Part shown: piece after piece, positions 54,315-64,000 of the stretch
Numbering within the stretch: the first letter of the stretch is position 1
How the letters are laid out: each line of letters begins with the position of its first letter
The notes under the pieces: model-generated
Told to the model about the DNA's origin: nothing
Seen by the model: only the letters and a program-made list of their open reading frames with translations
Database searches by the model: none
Position numbers and translations under genes: made by a program
DNA from: Candidatus Chisholmbacteria bacterium RIFCSPHIGHO2_01_FULL_52_32
Lineage (GTDB): Bacteria > Patescibacteriota > Microgenomatia > UBA1400 > Chisholmbacteraceae
DNA length: 64,000 bases
NCBI GenBank assembly: GCA_001816585.1
Contig: MHCJ01000003.1
Coordinates: 156,228 to 220,227 of the forward strand
Direction: 5' to 3'

Positions 54315-55373
54315 ATGACCAAACGGAGACTGCCCCTCCGGCACGTTAAGGGTGCTTCACACGGCCGCCAAGCCAAACATGGCTATGAACGTATTCAACG
54401 CGGCCGCCGTGTCCTTGCGCATCTCCCATTTGTACGGTTTTCCTTCCGGTTTATCGCGGTTGTCTTCCTTTTCACGCTGGCTATTTTGACCATTCGATTG
54501 ATTTCCCAAAGTGACTGGAACGGCCGGGATCGTATCACGTTTACTTTGCAGGACTTTTCAGAGAGTCAGGTTGGCGGGGAAGTGTTTCTGGTGTCGTACC
54601 TTCCGCCCGAAGGGCTGTCGGTTGTTGTGCTTCCCGCAACACTTCAAATTGAGACCATCGGCGGTTTTGGCCTCTGGAAAGCAGGCTCTGTCTATCAGCT
54701 CGGGGAGCTCGAGGGGAGGGGAGGTGCGCTTCTCTCCGGGACACTAGCTGAATTTTTCGGTGTCAATGTGGACGGGTGGGTGGTTTCTCCTGAGAAAGTT
54801 CAGCTCTCATCAGACACATTGAAGACGTCATTAAAGACATCGCTTATGAGGACTCTGTTCGGAAGGGGACGGTCCAATTTGGGAGTCTGGGATCTTTTCC
54901 GTCTGTGGTTTTCGCTTGGGAAGGTACGCTTAAGCCAGGCAACGCTGGTCGATCTCTCCACCGCTTCGGTGCTTCGTGAGGAAACGCTTCCGGACGGAAG
55001 TACGACCTATCGAACCGACCCGGAGCGGCTTGATCAGCTCGCCCGGCGACTGTTTGCTTTGCCTGAGATTACCAGAGAGGGGTTATCCGTTTCGGTTCTC
55101 AACGCCACCGGACATCCGCGACTTGGCAACCGAGCGGCCCGGGCGATTGAGAACTCTGGCGGGGATGTCGTGTCTATCGCTGACTTTAGGACGCTGGAGG
55201 AGCAAACCACGATTGTGGTTTCTTCCGATTCACTCCGCGAGTACGCAACCGTAGGGGTTCTTCGGAAGTTTTTTGCCTCTGAGAGGGTCTCTGTTGGGGA
55301 GACTGCTTCAGCGCGGGCTGACATTCTGCTCGTTGTTGGTGAAGACTACTTCAGGAAGCTTTCGGAATTTTAG
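54315..55373 (+). CDS. LCP-family (LytR-CpsA-Psr) cell-envelope phosphotransferase with LytR_C domain
   Basis: 352 aa with an N-terminal TM anchor. The LCP core is ITFTLQDFSESQVGGEVFLVSYLPPEGLSVVVLP...GVNVDGWVV, and the C-terminal LytR_C-like region is VSVLNATGHPRLGNRAARAIENSGGDVVSIADF. Confidence 0.7.
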   Translation: MTKRRLPLRHVKGASHGRQAKHGYERIQRGRRVLAHLPFVRFSFRFIAVVFLFTLAILTIRLISQSDWNGRDRITFTLQDFSESQVGGEVFLVSYLPPEGLSVVVLPATLQIETIGGFGLWKAGSVYQLGELEGRGGALLSGTLAEFFGVNVDGWVVSPEKVQLSSDTLKTSLKTSLMRTLFGRGRSNLGVWDLFRLWFSLGKVRLSQATLVDLSTASVLREETLPDGSTTYRTDPERLDQLARRLFALPEITREGLSVSVLNATGHPRLGNRAARAIENSGGDVVSIADFRTLEEQTTIVVSSDSLREYATVGVLRKFFASERVSVGETASARADILLVVGEDYFRKLSEF

Positions 55374-55388
55374 GCTGCAGCTTTTCTG

Positions 55389-56096
55389 TCAACTCTCGTC
55401 TATCCCTTCTCCCGTTTCCCGAATATCTACCGGCTCTTCTTGAAATACGCTCGGATTAATGTCTGCGTAGTACATCGTGTGCGAAGTTGGTGGGAAGGAG
55501 GGAATGTTTTTGAAGCGGGTACTTTTTTGGGTTTCCCGGATAAAGACTTGTACGTTACTTCCTTCGAGGCCTTTGACGAAGACGTCGTACCGGTTCCCTC
55601 CATGGATAAACTTCCGTAACCTGTAGGAAAGGTCGTCGGGCAATGACCCGATGTAGACATCTTCGGGGGCTTTTACCGCGATGAGTCTTCGTTTTGCGTC
55701 GAACATGAGCGACTGACCAATCTTTAACTCGGCGAGGATATCGGCATCCGCCAGGCGGACGAGTTGGGCAGTTTTGGTTTTCCCTGGTTCCTCCAAGAAA
55801 TTGGCGTAGATGGGTGGAGATTTGATAATGCGGTTTTCTGCCGTTTGAGGTCGTTTGGCCTTGAGGCGTTTGAGATTTTTCGTGGCTATCGGATTGTATT
55901 TATCGAGTGTCAGGACCTGTTTGTAGGTGTCAAAAGCTCTTCCTGTTTCTCCAAGCTCTGTAAAGGCACGTGCAAGACGGTTGAGCGAGTCGAGGTCGCG
56001 AGGGTCCTCCTTGAGGATTTGGTGGTTTAACTCTACCGCTTCCTCCCATTTTCCCTTGAGAGCAGCTTGGATGGCTTTTTCGCTTAGGCTTTGCAT
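55389..56096 (-). CDS. TPR-repeat protein with a C-terminal domain of unknown function
   Basis: 235 aa. The N-terminal ~90 aa show TPR-like helices (WEEAVELNHQILKEDPRDLDSLNRLARAFTELGETGRAFDTYKQVL). Confidence 0.5.
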   Translation of the reverse strand: MQSLSEKAIQAALKGKWEEAVELNHQILKEDPRDLDSLNRLARAFTELGETGRAFDTYKQVLTLDKYNPIATKNLKRLKAKRPQTAENRIIKSPPIYANFLEEPGKTKTAQLVRLADADILAELKIGQSLMFDAKRRLIAVKAPEDVYIGSLPDDLSYRLRKFIHGGNRYDVFVKGLEGSNVQVFIRETQKSTRFKNIPSFPPTSHTMYYADINPSVFQEEPVDIRETGEGIDES

Positions 56097-56147
56097 TTCC
56101 TTTACGCTACATTAGATTGAACAGACCTGTCAAGAGTGTTACACTAA

Positions 56148-56200
56148 AGCAAGTTAAAAGTTCAAAGTTAAAAGTTTAAAGTTACAACTCAAAATTCAAG
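56148..56200. repeat. Heptamer repeat block (GTTNAAA family)
   Basis: Direct reading gives gttaaaa gttcaaa gttaaaa gtttaaa gttacaa ctcaaaa ttcaagg. Confidence 0.85.
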
Positions 56201-56207
56201 GACAACG

Positions 56208-56759
56208 ATGAGCGGTCACTCAAAGTGGGCAACGATTAAACACCAGAAAGGGGCGGCGGATCAGAAACGAGGGATTCTTTTTAGTAAACTCTCATCAGAG
56301 ATCGCGATCGCCGTCTCGGAAGGGAAGAGTGGAGATCCGACGCAGAACCCGAGGCTTCGATCGGTGCTTGAAAAGGCAAGGGCTGCGAATATGCCTTCCG
56401 ACAATGTCGGGCGCGCCATCAAGCGAGGGCTTGGGGTTGTGAGTGGGGAAGGGCTCGAGGAAGTGATGTATGAAGGCTACGGACCATCGGGAGTTGCTGT
56501 GCTTATTACGGTACAAACAGACAATCGACACCGGACGACGGCACAAGTAAAGAACCTTTATGAACTCTATGGAGGAAGTCTCGGCGGTCCCGGATCGTGC
56601 GCTTTTCTGTTCGAGCGCTCGGGAGGGGAGTTTGTTCCGAAGGTCCGGCTTCCTCTCCATGAGGCTTCAACGATTCAAAAACTGACTACCTTTTTTCAAG
56701 CTCTCCACGCTCTTACGGAGGTCAAGGCCGTCTATTCCAATGCCGAGCTTCAAGCATGA
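56208..56759 (+). CDS. YebC/PmpR-family transcriptional regulator (short form)
   Basis: 183 aa. The N-terminus MSGHSKWATIKHQKGAADQKRGILFSKL is the YebC signature. The protein is shorter than the usual ~240 aa. Confidence 0.8.
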   Translation: MSGHSKWATIKHQKGAADQKRGILFSKLSSEIAIAVSEGKSGDPTQNPRLRSVLEKARAANMPSDNVGRAIKRGLGVVSGEGLEEVMYEGYGPSGVAVLITVQTDNRHRTTAQVKNLYELYGGSLGGPGSCAFLFERSGGEFVPKVRLPLHEASTIQKLTTFFQALHALTEVKAVYSNAELQA

Positions 56760-57526
56760 GTAAGCGAAAGCGATTCGTTCTTGTTTCGCTTCTACTGACC
56801 CTTGGTCTTTTCGGTATACAGTTCATACGGGTTGACTATCGTTATCAGGCTATTTTGCTTCTTGGCGGACTTGCGTACGTTTTCTGCGGTTGGGCGCTCT
56901 CCGAAGATCTGCACAAGATAGAGTGGCTGACAGCATTGACCCTTCCGGTTATCTATCCTGTTTCGGTCGGGCTGTTCTATTTCCTGTTACCTGAGCGCAT
57001 GTTGTCACGACTTATCATCTTGGGAATTTTCGGCGTTGGTATGTATGCTCTCCTTTTAACAGAGAACATCTTTACGGTTGCCGCAATTCGAACGATTCAG
57101 TTATTGCGCGCGGCGCGTGCGGTGGGGTTTCTTCTGACGCTGGTGACTGCGTTTTTCTTGTTCGACACGATTTGGTCGTTCCGCTTGCCCTTTTATGCCA
57201 ACGCCATTCTGGTTGGCTTGGCTTCGGTTCCGCTCATCTTTCAGGCTCTTTGGTCCGTGGAGCTGACGGAGGATCGGATTGAACGGCGTACGGTTGTTTA
57301 CAGCCTGTGTTTATCTTTGGCGATTGGGGAGCTGGCGCTCGCGCTGTCATTCTGGCCGGTTACGGTTTCAGTGGGCTCTCTCTTTTTGGTGACCATGGCC
57401 TACGTTGGCTTGGGGATAAGCCAATATCATTTCTCCGGTCGACTTTTCAGGCGGACCTTGTACGAGTACTTGGGTGTTGGTATGATTGTGCTCCTGACTA
57501 CTTATTTGGTGACCAAATGGGGGTAG
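56756..57526 (+). CDS. Hypothetical polytopic membrane protein
   Basis: 256 aa with 7-8 predicted TM helices. The start overlaps the YebC-like stop by 4 nt. Confidence 0.55.
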   Translation: MSKRKRFVLVSLLLTLGLFGIQFIRVDYRYQAILLLGGLAYVFCGWALSEDLHKIEWLTALTLPVIYPVSVGLFYFLLPERMLSRLIILGIFGVGMYALLLTENIFTVAAIRTIQLLRAARAVGFLLTLVTAFFLFDTIWSFRLPFYANAILVGLASVPLIFQALWSVELTEDRIERRTVVYSLCLSLAIGELALALSFWPVTVSVGSLFLVTMAYVGLGISQYHFSGRLFRRTLYEYLGVGMIVLLTTYLVTKWG

Positions 57527-57532
57527 AAAGCG

Positions 57533-57838
57533 ATGACGAACCACGGTGAAGGAGAGCCCAGTCAAGCAGAGTTACCCGGCATGCCGGATCGGCAACAAAA
57601 GCGGAGTGGTATTCGAGGCAGATGGGGTGCCCGGACAATTCCCACAATTCAGGATCACCAGCGTCATCGGGTACATCCGGAGAATATAACCCGCATGAGA
57701 CGCATCAAAGATATGGCGATGCAAGGCATACCTAAAGCGGAAATCGATCGGAGGATTGCAGAGGAGTTGGCTGCCGAAGCGGAAATTGAGCACGAGCTGA
57801 CCCCCGAACTTCCGGGAATGGATGAATCCGATGGATGA
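57533..57838 (+). CDS. Hypothetical small protein
   Basis: 101-aa ORF, basic in the middle and acidic at the C-terminus. Codon usage is plausible, but there is no recognisable motif. Confidence 0.35.
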   Translation: MTNHGEGEPSQAELPGMPDRQQKRSGIRGRWGARTIPTIQDHQRHRVHPENITRMRRIKDMAMQGIPKAEIDRRIAEELAAEAEIEHELTPELPGMDESDG

Positions 57839-58453
57839 AATTCTCCGATAATTCCTTCCGGCACGTTTTTATTTTTTTCATGAGGGCATGAGATAGGGGA
57901 GAGACACCCGTTATTTCCCGGTACGGACAGCGTTGAACCAACATTCTTCAAGAGTAATAACCTATAATAATTATTATTTTCACGGTATCGGTGATTATGT
58001 TTTCACAGAATAGCAATTGGGGAGCCTGACTGCTTTTTGCCCACTATTTCCTTGAGATGATATGATCGTTTATTCTGATGTACCCGTCTTATTTGAATTT
58101 GCCGATTGAAGGGTACAGATTGTGTGCAGCTCTCCGAAACGGTCGCCCCGGTTTTATTTGTGGATAACCTAAGGCTTCATCTTGAGGAAATGATATAGTT
58201 TGTATCACTGAAAAAGTCTCCGGGCACATCCTTTGGGGAGCAGTGTTGAGAATAATACCCGAATAAGACTTTGCCGGCTTTTGAAGAAGCGGTGAAGGAT
58301 CATAGGCTCGTTCAATTTCCATATCGTCTCAGATAGATTTTTTATTTGCATCAGTGGAGATAAATGTGCGTTATTTTGTCCTGCTTTAGCAAAATGGTCC
58401 ACTTCTCCAAGGGAGGTGTGTATATGGGGAAGGAAGGCTTTCCAGGCTCATTA

Positions 58454-58481
58454 ATGTCGCACAATATAACTTTTACGACAT
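58454..58481. other. dif-like 28-bp imperfect palindrome (11-6-11): ATGTCGCACAA-TATAAC-TTTTACGACAT
   Basis: The arms atgtcgcacaa and atgtcgtaaaa (reverse complement of the right arm) flank a 6-bp centre. It lies ~0.9 kb upstream of the XerC/D-like recombinase gene. A partial second copy (atgtcgcacaatat) occurs at 59161-59174. Confidence 0.4.
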
Positions 58482-59402
58482 TGAAGCAGGATGGCTTGGG
58501 GCAGAGTGTTCGGAGCTTCCAGCTCATCATGTGCTATGGTTTCGCCCCGGTTACTTTCCCTCATTTACTCACAATTCTTTGGTTTTGTTCCTGCCCCGAA
58601 TTTCCCGGCTGCTTAAAATCCTTCAATTCGGAGAAAAACCCGAAGAGTTATGCATATTAGCGCTTCGTATCCGCCTTTTTGCAAATTCTCCACCGGTTTT
58701 TACCTTAGCTATCTAACACTAGTGGTTCAGCAGCCGTTTTAGACCTATCACAGAGCGTCTGCCAGATGTAAAACGCTTGTTTTTTGAGGTGATTCAAGGG
58801 TTTTCCGCAAGTAATAAGACGTGTTCAACATTAGATAGGGTGTTTCGGTGCGGGCCGGCGGGAAAATCCGCCAGTTGTGGCGTGCCGTTTCCAGTGGAAC
58901 TTCAATCTTTCGTTATCGATGCTGCTGATTCTTTCATTCATTCAATGTGCAATAGTGGTTCATGGTTATTGGTGCGTTGCTTTCTTAGGTTCCGGACGTT
59001 TCTTTCGCTTAGCCACTTTCGTTTATGCCCGCTTTTTAAGTGCAATTAGGGTCCACGACCGATCGAATCCCTGTTTTCCCGTTATTTGTTTGAAGAATAG
59101 TGACAAACGTTTCGCTTCCCCACCGTGGTTGACAATGGGGCTCATCCGTTTACATCGATCATGTCGCACAATATTGACATGGCCTCTCCGGATTTAGTAA
59201 GATGGTTTTCTATGCATCCGTTTTCTTTGCAAAGTGTCGTTCCTGCGGTCTCCCCTCCTCCCTACCGCATGTTTGCGGTTGGTCATCGCCCACCCTGCTT
59301 TCTATCTTATTGTATTTATCTCTCGGATAATGAACGATCACACTTATAGGCCTTCTCGATATTCGAATCCGGTGTGTAACCAAAACACACAATCAAAATG
59401 GA

Positions 59403-60446
59403 TTGGTGCATCAATCCAATTTCAAAAATATACCTTTTTGGCAAGTCATGTCTGAGACTGCTAACAAAACCCGAAAACCTATAGGAAAAACCTTCCTGAA
59501 AGCAAATTTTGACTCCAATCGTGAGCTTGATGAGCTGATGTTGCAGTTTCTCGAGTATCTTGAAGTTGAGCGGGGGGCAAGCCCTTACACAATCCGTAAC
59601 TATGCCTTTTACCTTAAGCGGTTCGATCAATGGTACACCCGTTCTTCTCCGCCCGGGGATATTCGGAAGCTTGATCTACCCATTATCCGTAAGTACCGCC
59701 TGTTTCTCTCCCGTTTTGTTGACGATCGGGGTCGATCGCTTTCCCGTGTGACCCAGAGTTATCATGCCATTGCCCTGCGATCGTGGTTAAAATGGCTAGT
59801 TCGGCACGGCTACGATGTCATTGCCCCCGACAATATCGAACTACCCAAGGTCCAGAGCCGCAGTTTGAAATTCCTTCCGAGAGAGGAAGTCGAGCGACTG
59901 CTTTCCCAACCGTCCATTTCCAATATCCGCGGTCTGCGGGATAAGGCGATCCTTGAGGTTCTCTTTTCCACCGGGCTTCGGGTATCAGAATTGGTTGGTT
60001 TAAACAGGGCTTCTATCGATCTTAAACGGAGAGAGTTCGGAGTGATCGGAAAAGGCGGTCGGGCGCGTGTCGTGTTTCTCTCAAAACGGGCTTCGTCTTG
60101 GACCGAGCGATACCTTGGTGCGCGGGTTGATCACTTCAAACCGCTGTTTATCCGGTTTGCCAAATGGAAGGTCGAACCACCGGCCGGCGGAGAAGCGGTG
60201 CGCCTGACCGTGCGAACGGTCCAGCGCATCGTCGAACGGTACGCCCGAGCTGCTCACCTTTCGGTCCGGATTACGCCCCATGGCCTGCGTCACAGCTTCG
60301 CAACAGACTTGTTGTCAGCAGGAGCCGGTATTCGTGAAGTTCAGGAGATGCTTGGACACAAGAACATCGCGACAACCCAGATTTATACGCATATAACGAA
60401 CCCGCAACTTCGCAATGTGCATGAGACGTTTCACGGAAAGAGCTAG
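59403..60446 (+). CDS. xerC: Tyrosine site-specific recombinase, XerC/XerD-like
   Basis: 347 aa. The catalytic motifs are R (LRVSE), HGLRHSFAT, REVQEMLGH and the Tyr nucleophile context ATTQIYTHI. The N-terminal SAM-like core-binding domain is ~40 aa longer than usual. Confidence 0.85.
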   Translation: MVHQSNFKNIPFWQVMSETANKTRKPIGKTFLKANFDSNRELDELMLQFLEYLEVERGASPYTIRNYAFYLKRFDQWYTRSSPPGDIRKLDLPIIRKYRLFLSRFVDDRGRSLSRVTQSYHAIALRSWLKWLVRHGYDVIAPDNIELPKVQSRSLKFLPREEVERLLSQPSISNIRGLRDKAILEVLFSTGLRVSELVGLNRASIDLKRREFGVIGKGGRARVVFLSKRASSWTERYLGARVDHFKPLFIRFAKWKVEPPAGGEAVRLTVRTVQRIVERYARAAHLSVRITPHGLRHSFATDLLSAGAGIREVQEMLGHKNIATTQIYTHITNPQLRNVHETFHGKS

Positions 60447-60458
60447 AGACGTTTTCGG

Positions 60459-63044
60459 TTATCGTTTCGGAGCGGCCGGGGTTTGATCAGCTTCATCTTC
60501 TTTTACCAGACTGGCAACGGCGGCAACCTTGTCGCCGGCTTTGGCGAAGCGCATGAGGATAACACCTTGGGTGGCTCGCTTGAGACGTGGTATATTTTTA
60601 AGGGGAAGCTTGATGACTTGGGCTTTGTGACTGGTCAGGATTATCTGATCGGTCGTTTGGTCGACAAACATGGCGCTTGTTATGTCGCCTGTCCGGTCGC
60701 TTAATGTGGCGACCTTGACCCCTTGCCCTCCCCGATGCTGGAGAGGGTATTGATCCAGGGGTGTCCGCTTCCCCATCCCCCGGTCGGTAACTACGAAAAG
60801 ATCTTTGAAGAATTTTTTCCTTCGATCCTTCGGTTGCTTTCCCAAAGGGGTGAACACTTCGACACCGACGACGAGGTCGTTTGCGGCAAGTTCGATCCCC
60901 CGAACACCCATGGTGTCGCGGGCGGTCGGCCGCACCTGGCTTTCCGAGAAGCGGATGGATTTGCCTTTCTTCGTCGCCAGGATCACGTGATCGTTTTCCT
61001 TGGCGACTTTGACCCAGACGAGCTCATCGCCTTCCGTAAGGACAATCGCAATGAGGCCATTCGACTTGATGTTTGCATATCCAGATAGCCGGCTCTTCTT
61101 CACGACCCCTTTCCGGGTTGCCATGAGCAGATACTGGTTTTGTGAAGCAAACCGCATCTCCGGGATCGGCAGGATGGTTTGGATTCTTTCATCCTGGTTG
61201 ATGTTGATGAGATTAATGACAGCCTGGCCTTTCGACTGTCGTGAACCCTGAGGGATTTCGTGGGTTACCAATTTATAGACCTTGCCGCGGTCGGTGAAAA
61301 ATAAGATCGCGTCGTGGGTATTGGCAGTCAGAAGATGCGCGACCGTATCTTCCTCCTTAGTGGTCATGCCGCTGACCCCTTTCCCTCCGCGGTGCTGAGA
61401 CCGGTAGGTTCCGATCGGCATGCGTTTGAGGTAGCCTGTTTCGGTCACGGTAACGAGAACCTCTTCGGACGGCACTAAATCTTTCATTCCCAATTCCTTT
61501 AACTTTGCCGGGTTGACCCTGGTACGTCGATCGTCGGCGAATTCGTGCCTGACTTTCCGAAGCTCCGCTCCTATGGCGCTTAAGATCTTTTTGGGGTCCT
61601 TAAGCAATGCAAGCAGCTCTTCGATGGTGAGGCGGATCGCCTTGTATTCGTCCTGGATTTTTTGTCTCTCAAGTGCGGCTAGCCGCCGAAGTTGCATATC
61701 CAAAATAGCCTGCGCTTGGATATCCGTGAGCTTGAAGTTTTTCATCAACCGCTCCTTTGCGATGTCCGCATCCGGAGAGCGGCGGATGGTTGAAATGACG
61801 GCGTCAAGATGGTCGAGGGCGATGATTAGCCCTTCAAGAATGTGGGCCCTCGCGCGTGCAGCCCTCAGCTCGAACTGGCTTCTGCGGACGACCACCAATT
61901 GTCGGTGTCGGATGTACTCCGAGAGGATGGTCTTTAAGGTCATCAGTTGCGGCGTGCCTTCATGATTTAGAGCCACCATGTTGGCGGGGAAGGACTGCTC
62001 AAGCTCCGTGTGTTTGAAGAGGTTGTTTAAAATTGCTTTGGGTTTGGCATCGCGTTTGAGATCTATCGCAACCCGCATCCCGTGGCGATCCGATTCATCC
62101 CGAAGGTCCGCGATACCCACGATGCGCTTGTCTTTGACCAGGTCCGCGATCTTTTCGACGAGACGGGCCTTGTTGACCTGATACGGGAGTTCGGTGATGA
62201 CAATTTGCATTTTCCCGCTCTTCGTTTGCTCGATTTCCGCCATTCCCCGAACCATGATTTTGCCCTTGCCCGTGGCATACACCTCGTGGATTGCCTCTGA
62301 ATCGTAAATGGTTCCGCCGGTTGGGAAATCCGGGCCTTTGATGGAGTTCAGGAGCTCGTCGGTTGAAACTTCCGAGACGAAGGTGCCGATGATGCTTTGG
62401 GGATCCGAAGTTTCCGGATTTTCGACTGGCTCCGGGTGATCCACTTTGCCAGTCTTTAAGAGCGCGTCAATTGCGTCCGCCACTTCGCCGAGGTTGTGCG
62501 GCGGGATTTTGGTCGCCATGCCAACGGCAATACCGTCTGAACCCATGATAAGGAGGTTTGGCAGAAGTCCCGGAAGCACGCTTGGTTCTTTCTGGGATCC
62601 GTCAAAATTATCGGTGAAATTAACCGTTTCTTTTTCAAGATCCGCGAGGAGCGCTTGGGAGATGCGGGCGAGTCTTGCCTCGGTATAGCGCATTGCAGCC
62701 GGAGAATCTCCGTCCACCGAGCCAAAGTTTCCCTGCCCATCGACGAGTGGGTAGCGCATGGAGAAGTCTTGGGCGAGGCGTACCAAGGCATCGTAGACCG
62801 CCATATCACCGTGCGGGTGGTATTTTCCCAGGACCTCTCCTACTATACGGGCGGATTTCTTGTAGGCAGAAGCGTGGGTAAGGTTCATCCCATGCATGGC
62901 AAACAGGATGCGGCGGTGAACCGGCTTTAACCCGTCGCGGACGTCTGGGAGTGCCCGGGCCACGATGACGCTCATCGCGTAATCCAAGTAACTGCGCTGC
63001 ATCTCTTGGGAGATTTCCGTCGGGAGAAGTTTTCCGATATCCAT
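60459..63044 (-). CDS. gyrA: DNA gyrase subunit A
   Basis: 861 aa. The N-terminus is [26 protein letters not shown], the active-site Tyr region and the GyrA-box beta-pinwheel repeats in the C-terminal domain are present, and the tail is acidic. Confidence 0.97.
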   Translation of the reverse strand: MDIGKLLPTEISQEMQRSYLDYAMSVIVARALPDVRDGLKPVHRRILFAMHGMNLTHASAYKKSARIVGEVLGKYHPHGDMAVYDALVRLAQDFSMRYPLVDGQGNFGSVDGDSPAAMRYTEARLARISQALLADLEKETVNFTDNFDGSQKEPSVLPGLLPNLLIMGSDGIAVGMATKIPPHNLGEVADAIDALLKTGKVDHPEPVENPETSDPQSIIGTFVSEVSTDELLNSIKGPDFPTGGTIYDSEAIHEVYATGKGKIMVRGMAEIEQTKSGKMQIVITELPYQVNKARLVEKIADLVKDKRIVGIADLRDESDRHGMRVAIDLKRDAKPKAILNNLFKHTELEQSFPANMVALNHEGTPQLMTLKTILSEYIRHRQLVVVRRSQFELRAARARAHILEGLIIALDHLDAVISTIRRSPDADIAKERLMKNFKLTDIQAQAILDMQLRRLAALERQKIQDEYKAIRLTIEELLALLKDPKKILSAIGAELRKVRHEFADDRRTRVNPAKLKELGMKDLVPSEEVLVTVTETGYLKRMPIGTYRSQHRGGKGVSGMTTKEEDTVAHLLTANTHDAILFFTDRGKVYKLVTHEIPQGSRQSKGQAVINLININQDERIQTILPIPEMRFASQNQYLLMATRKGVVKKSRLSGYANIKSNGLIAIVLTEGDELVWVKVAKENDHVILATKKGKSIRFSESQVRPTARDTMGVRGIELAANDLVVGVEVFTPLGKQPKDRRKKFFKDLFVVTDRGMGKRTPLDQYPLQHRGGQGVKVATLSDRTGDITSAMFVDQTTDQIILTSHKAQVIKLPLKNIPRLKRATQGVILMRFAKAGDKVAAVASLVKEDEADQTPAAPKR

Positions 63045-63113
63045 TTAATTAAACTTTCAACTTTTTCACTCTATACCATAAGAAGCCAAGAGACTGCAAA
63101 ATAGGAAGCTAAT

Positions 63114-64000
63114 CTAGGTGGTGGTTTGTTGGGCCTTATTGATGGAGAATACCAGGATTGCCGCACCTATCCCGAGCATGAGCCAATGGAGTGGGGTTAA
63201 GGTCTTGGTGGCAACGATCATAGGAGCAATCAGGAGCGCGACCAAATTCATCACTTTGATTAAAGGATTCATGGCAGGACCGGAAGTATCTTTCAGCGGG
63301 TCGCCAACGGTATCTCCGACCACCGTAGCCTTGTGCGGATCGGACCCCTTTCCTCCGTATAAACCTTCCTCAATCATCTTTTTGGCATTGTCCCAGGCAC
63401 CTCCGGTATTGGCCATGAAAACGGCCAAGAGTTGTCCGGTGAGGATCGTTCCCGCCAGGTACGCGCCCAAAGCTTCGGCCTTCAGCAAAAATCCGACCAA
63501 GATGGGAACGATGATGGCGATAAGGGCCGGGGCTGTCAATGCTCCGAGGGCGGCCTTGGTGGTGAGATCAACGACCCTGGCGTAGTCGGGTTTCTGGGTT
63601 CCCTCCATGATGCCTGGCATTTCTTTAAATTGGCGTCTGACCTCGTTGATGATCGCGAAGGCACTGTCAGAGACGGCCTTGATGGTCAGGGACGAGAAGA
63701 GGAAGGGGATGGCTCCGCCGATCAGGAAACCGACGAAGACCGCGGGGTGGGCGATGTTTATTCCCGGAAGGTGGGCGTCGGTGAGGTACGATTCAAACAG
63801 CGAAACCGCTGCCACGACAGCCGAGGCGATGGCAAAGCCTTTGGTTGTGGCTTTGGTGGTATTCCCGATGGCATCCAGTTTCGGTAATACATCGAGTGCC
63901 TTCCCCTTGATGCCTGTCAGCTCGGCGATTCCTTGGGCGTTATCGGCAACTGGCCCGAACGAGTCCATGGAAACGATAAACCCGGTAGTGGTCAGCATTC
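63114..64000 (-). CDS. hppA: Membrane-bound proton/sodium-translocating pyrophosphatase (partial; C-terminal ~294 aa in window)
   Basis: The signature GDTVGDPLKDTSGPAMNPLIKVMNLVALLIAP and the upstream DNAKK...GGKGSD loop are diagnostic for H+-PPase. The gene continues beyond the window end on the minus strand. Confidence 0.9.
   Translation of the reverse strand, partial: MLTTTGFIVSMDSFGPVADNAQGIAELTGIKGKALDVLPKLDAIGNTTKATTKGFAIASAVVAAVSLFESYLTDAHLPGINIAHPAVFVGFLIGGAIPFLFSSLTIKAVSDSAFAIINEVRRQFKEMPGIMEGTQKPDYARVVDLTTKAALGALTAPALIAIIVPILVGFLLKAEALGAYLAGTILTGQLLAVFMANTGGAWDNAKKMIEEGLYGGKGSDPHKATVVGDTVGDPLKDTSGPAMNPLIKVMNLVALLIAPMIVATKTLTPLHWLMLGIGAAILVFSINKAQQTTT

Noticed and set aside
50477-55392. 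Shared 14-mer agcttttctgtcaa at 50477-50490 and 55379-55392, which contains TTGACA on the minus strand
   Set aside because: A -10 element cannot be placed with convincing spacing at either site. Two copies of a 14-mer in 64 kb could be chance, so it was not called as a promoter or repeat family.
804-63075. CRISPR array interpretation of the repeat blocks
   Set aside because: The units are 7 nt (one family is 10 nt), degenerate and contiguous, with no 25-40-nt unique spacers. No cas genes are present in the window.

Overview
This 64 kb window looks like a chromosomal segment of a small-genome bacterium, probably CPR/Patescibacteria-like. The pointers are a 154-aa EF-Ts, a 424-aa ProRS without an editing domain, a short RF1, no pyrH in the rpsB-tsf-frr cluster, and many small genes that overlap by 1-4 nt. 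GC is about 50-55% by eye, and TGA, TAA and TAG all serve as stop codons (standard code 11). Most genes are housekeeping. Translation is represented by rpsB, tsf, frr, rpsU, rpsF, rpsR, rpmE, efp, prfA, ychF, proS, cysS, hisS and a tRNA-Leu(CAA). Replication and repair are represented by dnaX-ybaB-recR, ssb, dnaB, gyrA and a xerC/D-like recombinase. The envelope and proteolysis set is rseP, ctpA, htrA, lgt, lspA, an LCP protein and an amidase. tRNA and rRNA modification is covered by tgt, rluD and a YbeY-like gene.

The features that stand out are as follows.
- Two tandem paralogous genes fuse a DNPH1/Rcl-like dNMP N-glycosidase domain, with the catalytic Glu motif conserved, to a C-terminal ribbon-helix-helix domain (13205-14361).
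- Heptamer-periodic degenerate tandem repeats fill almost every intergenic spacer of 100 bp or more. The families are GTTNAAA, TAGRGNN/CCCTAAA (telomere-like), NGCNRAT and CATAGAG. They are often laid out as a forward block followed by its reverse complement, and they also occur inside proS and cysS.
- A REP-like palindrome, CGTGAGAT...ATCTCACG, recurs at least three times, including as a perfect 12-bp clamp around the tRNA-Leu.
- A low-GC islet carries a 2-phosphoglycerate-kinase-like P-loop protein.
- There is a holin/permease/amidase lysis-like cassette.
- There is an AbrB-family antitoxin plus Doc toxin module.
- A 1.5 kb noncoding AT-rich stretch with a dif-like 28-mer lies upstream of the Xer recombinase.

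No CRISPR array, rRNA gene or obvious transposase was seen.
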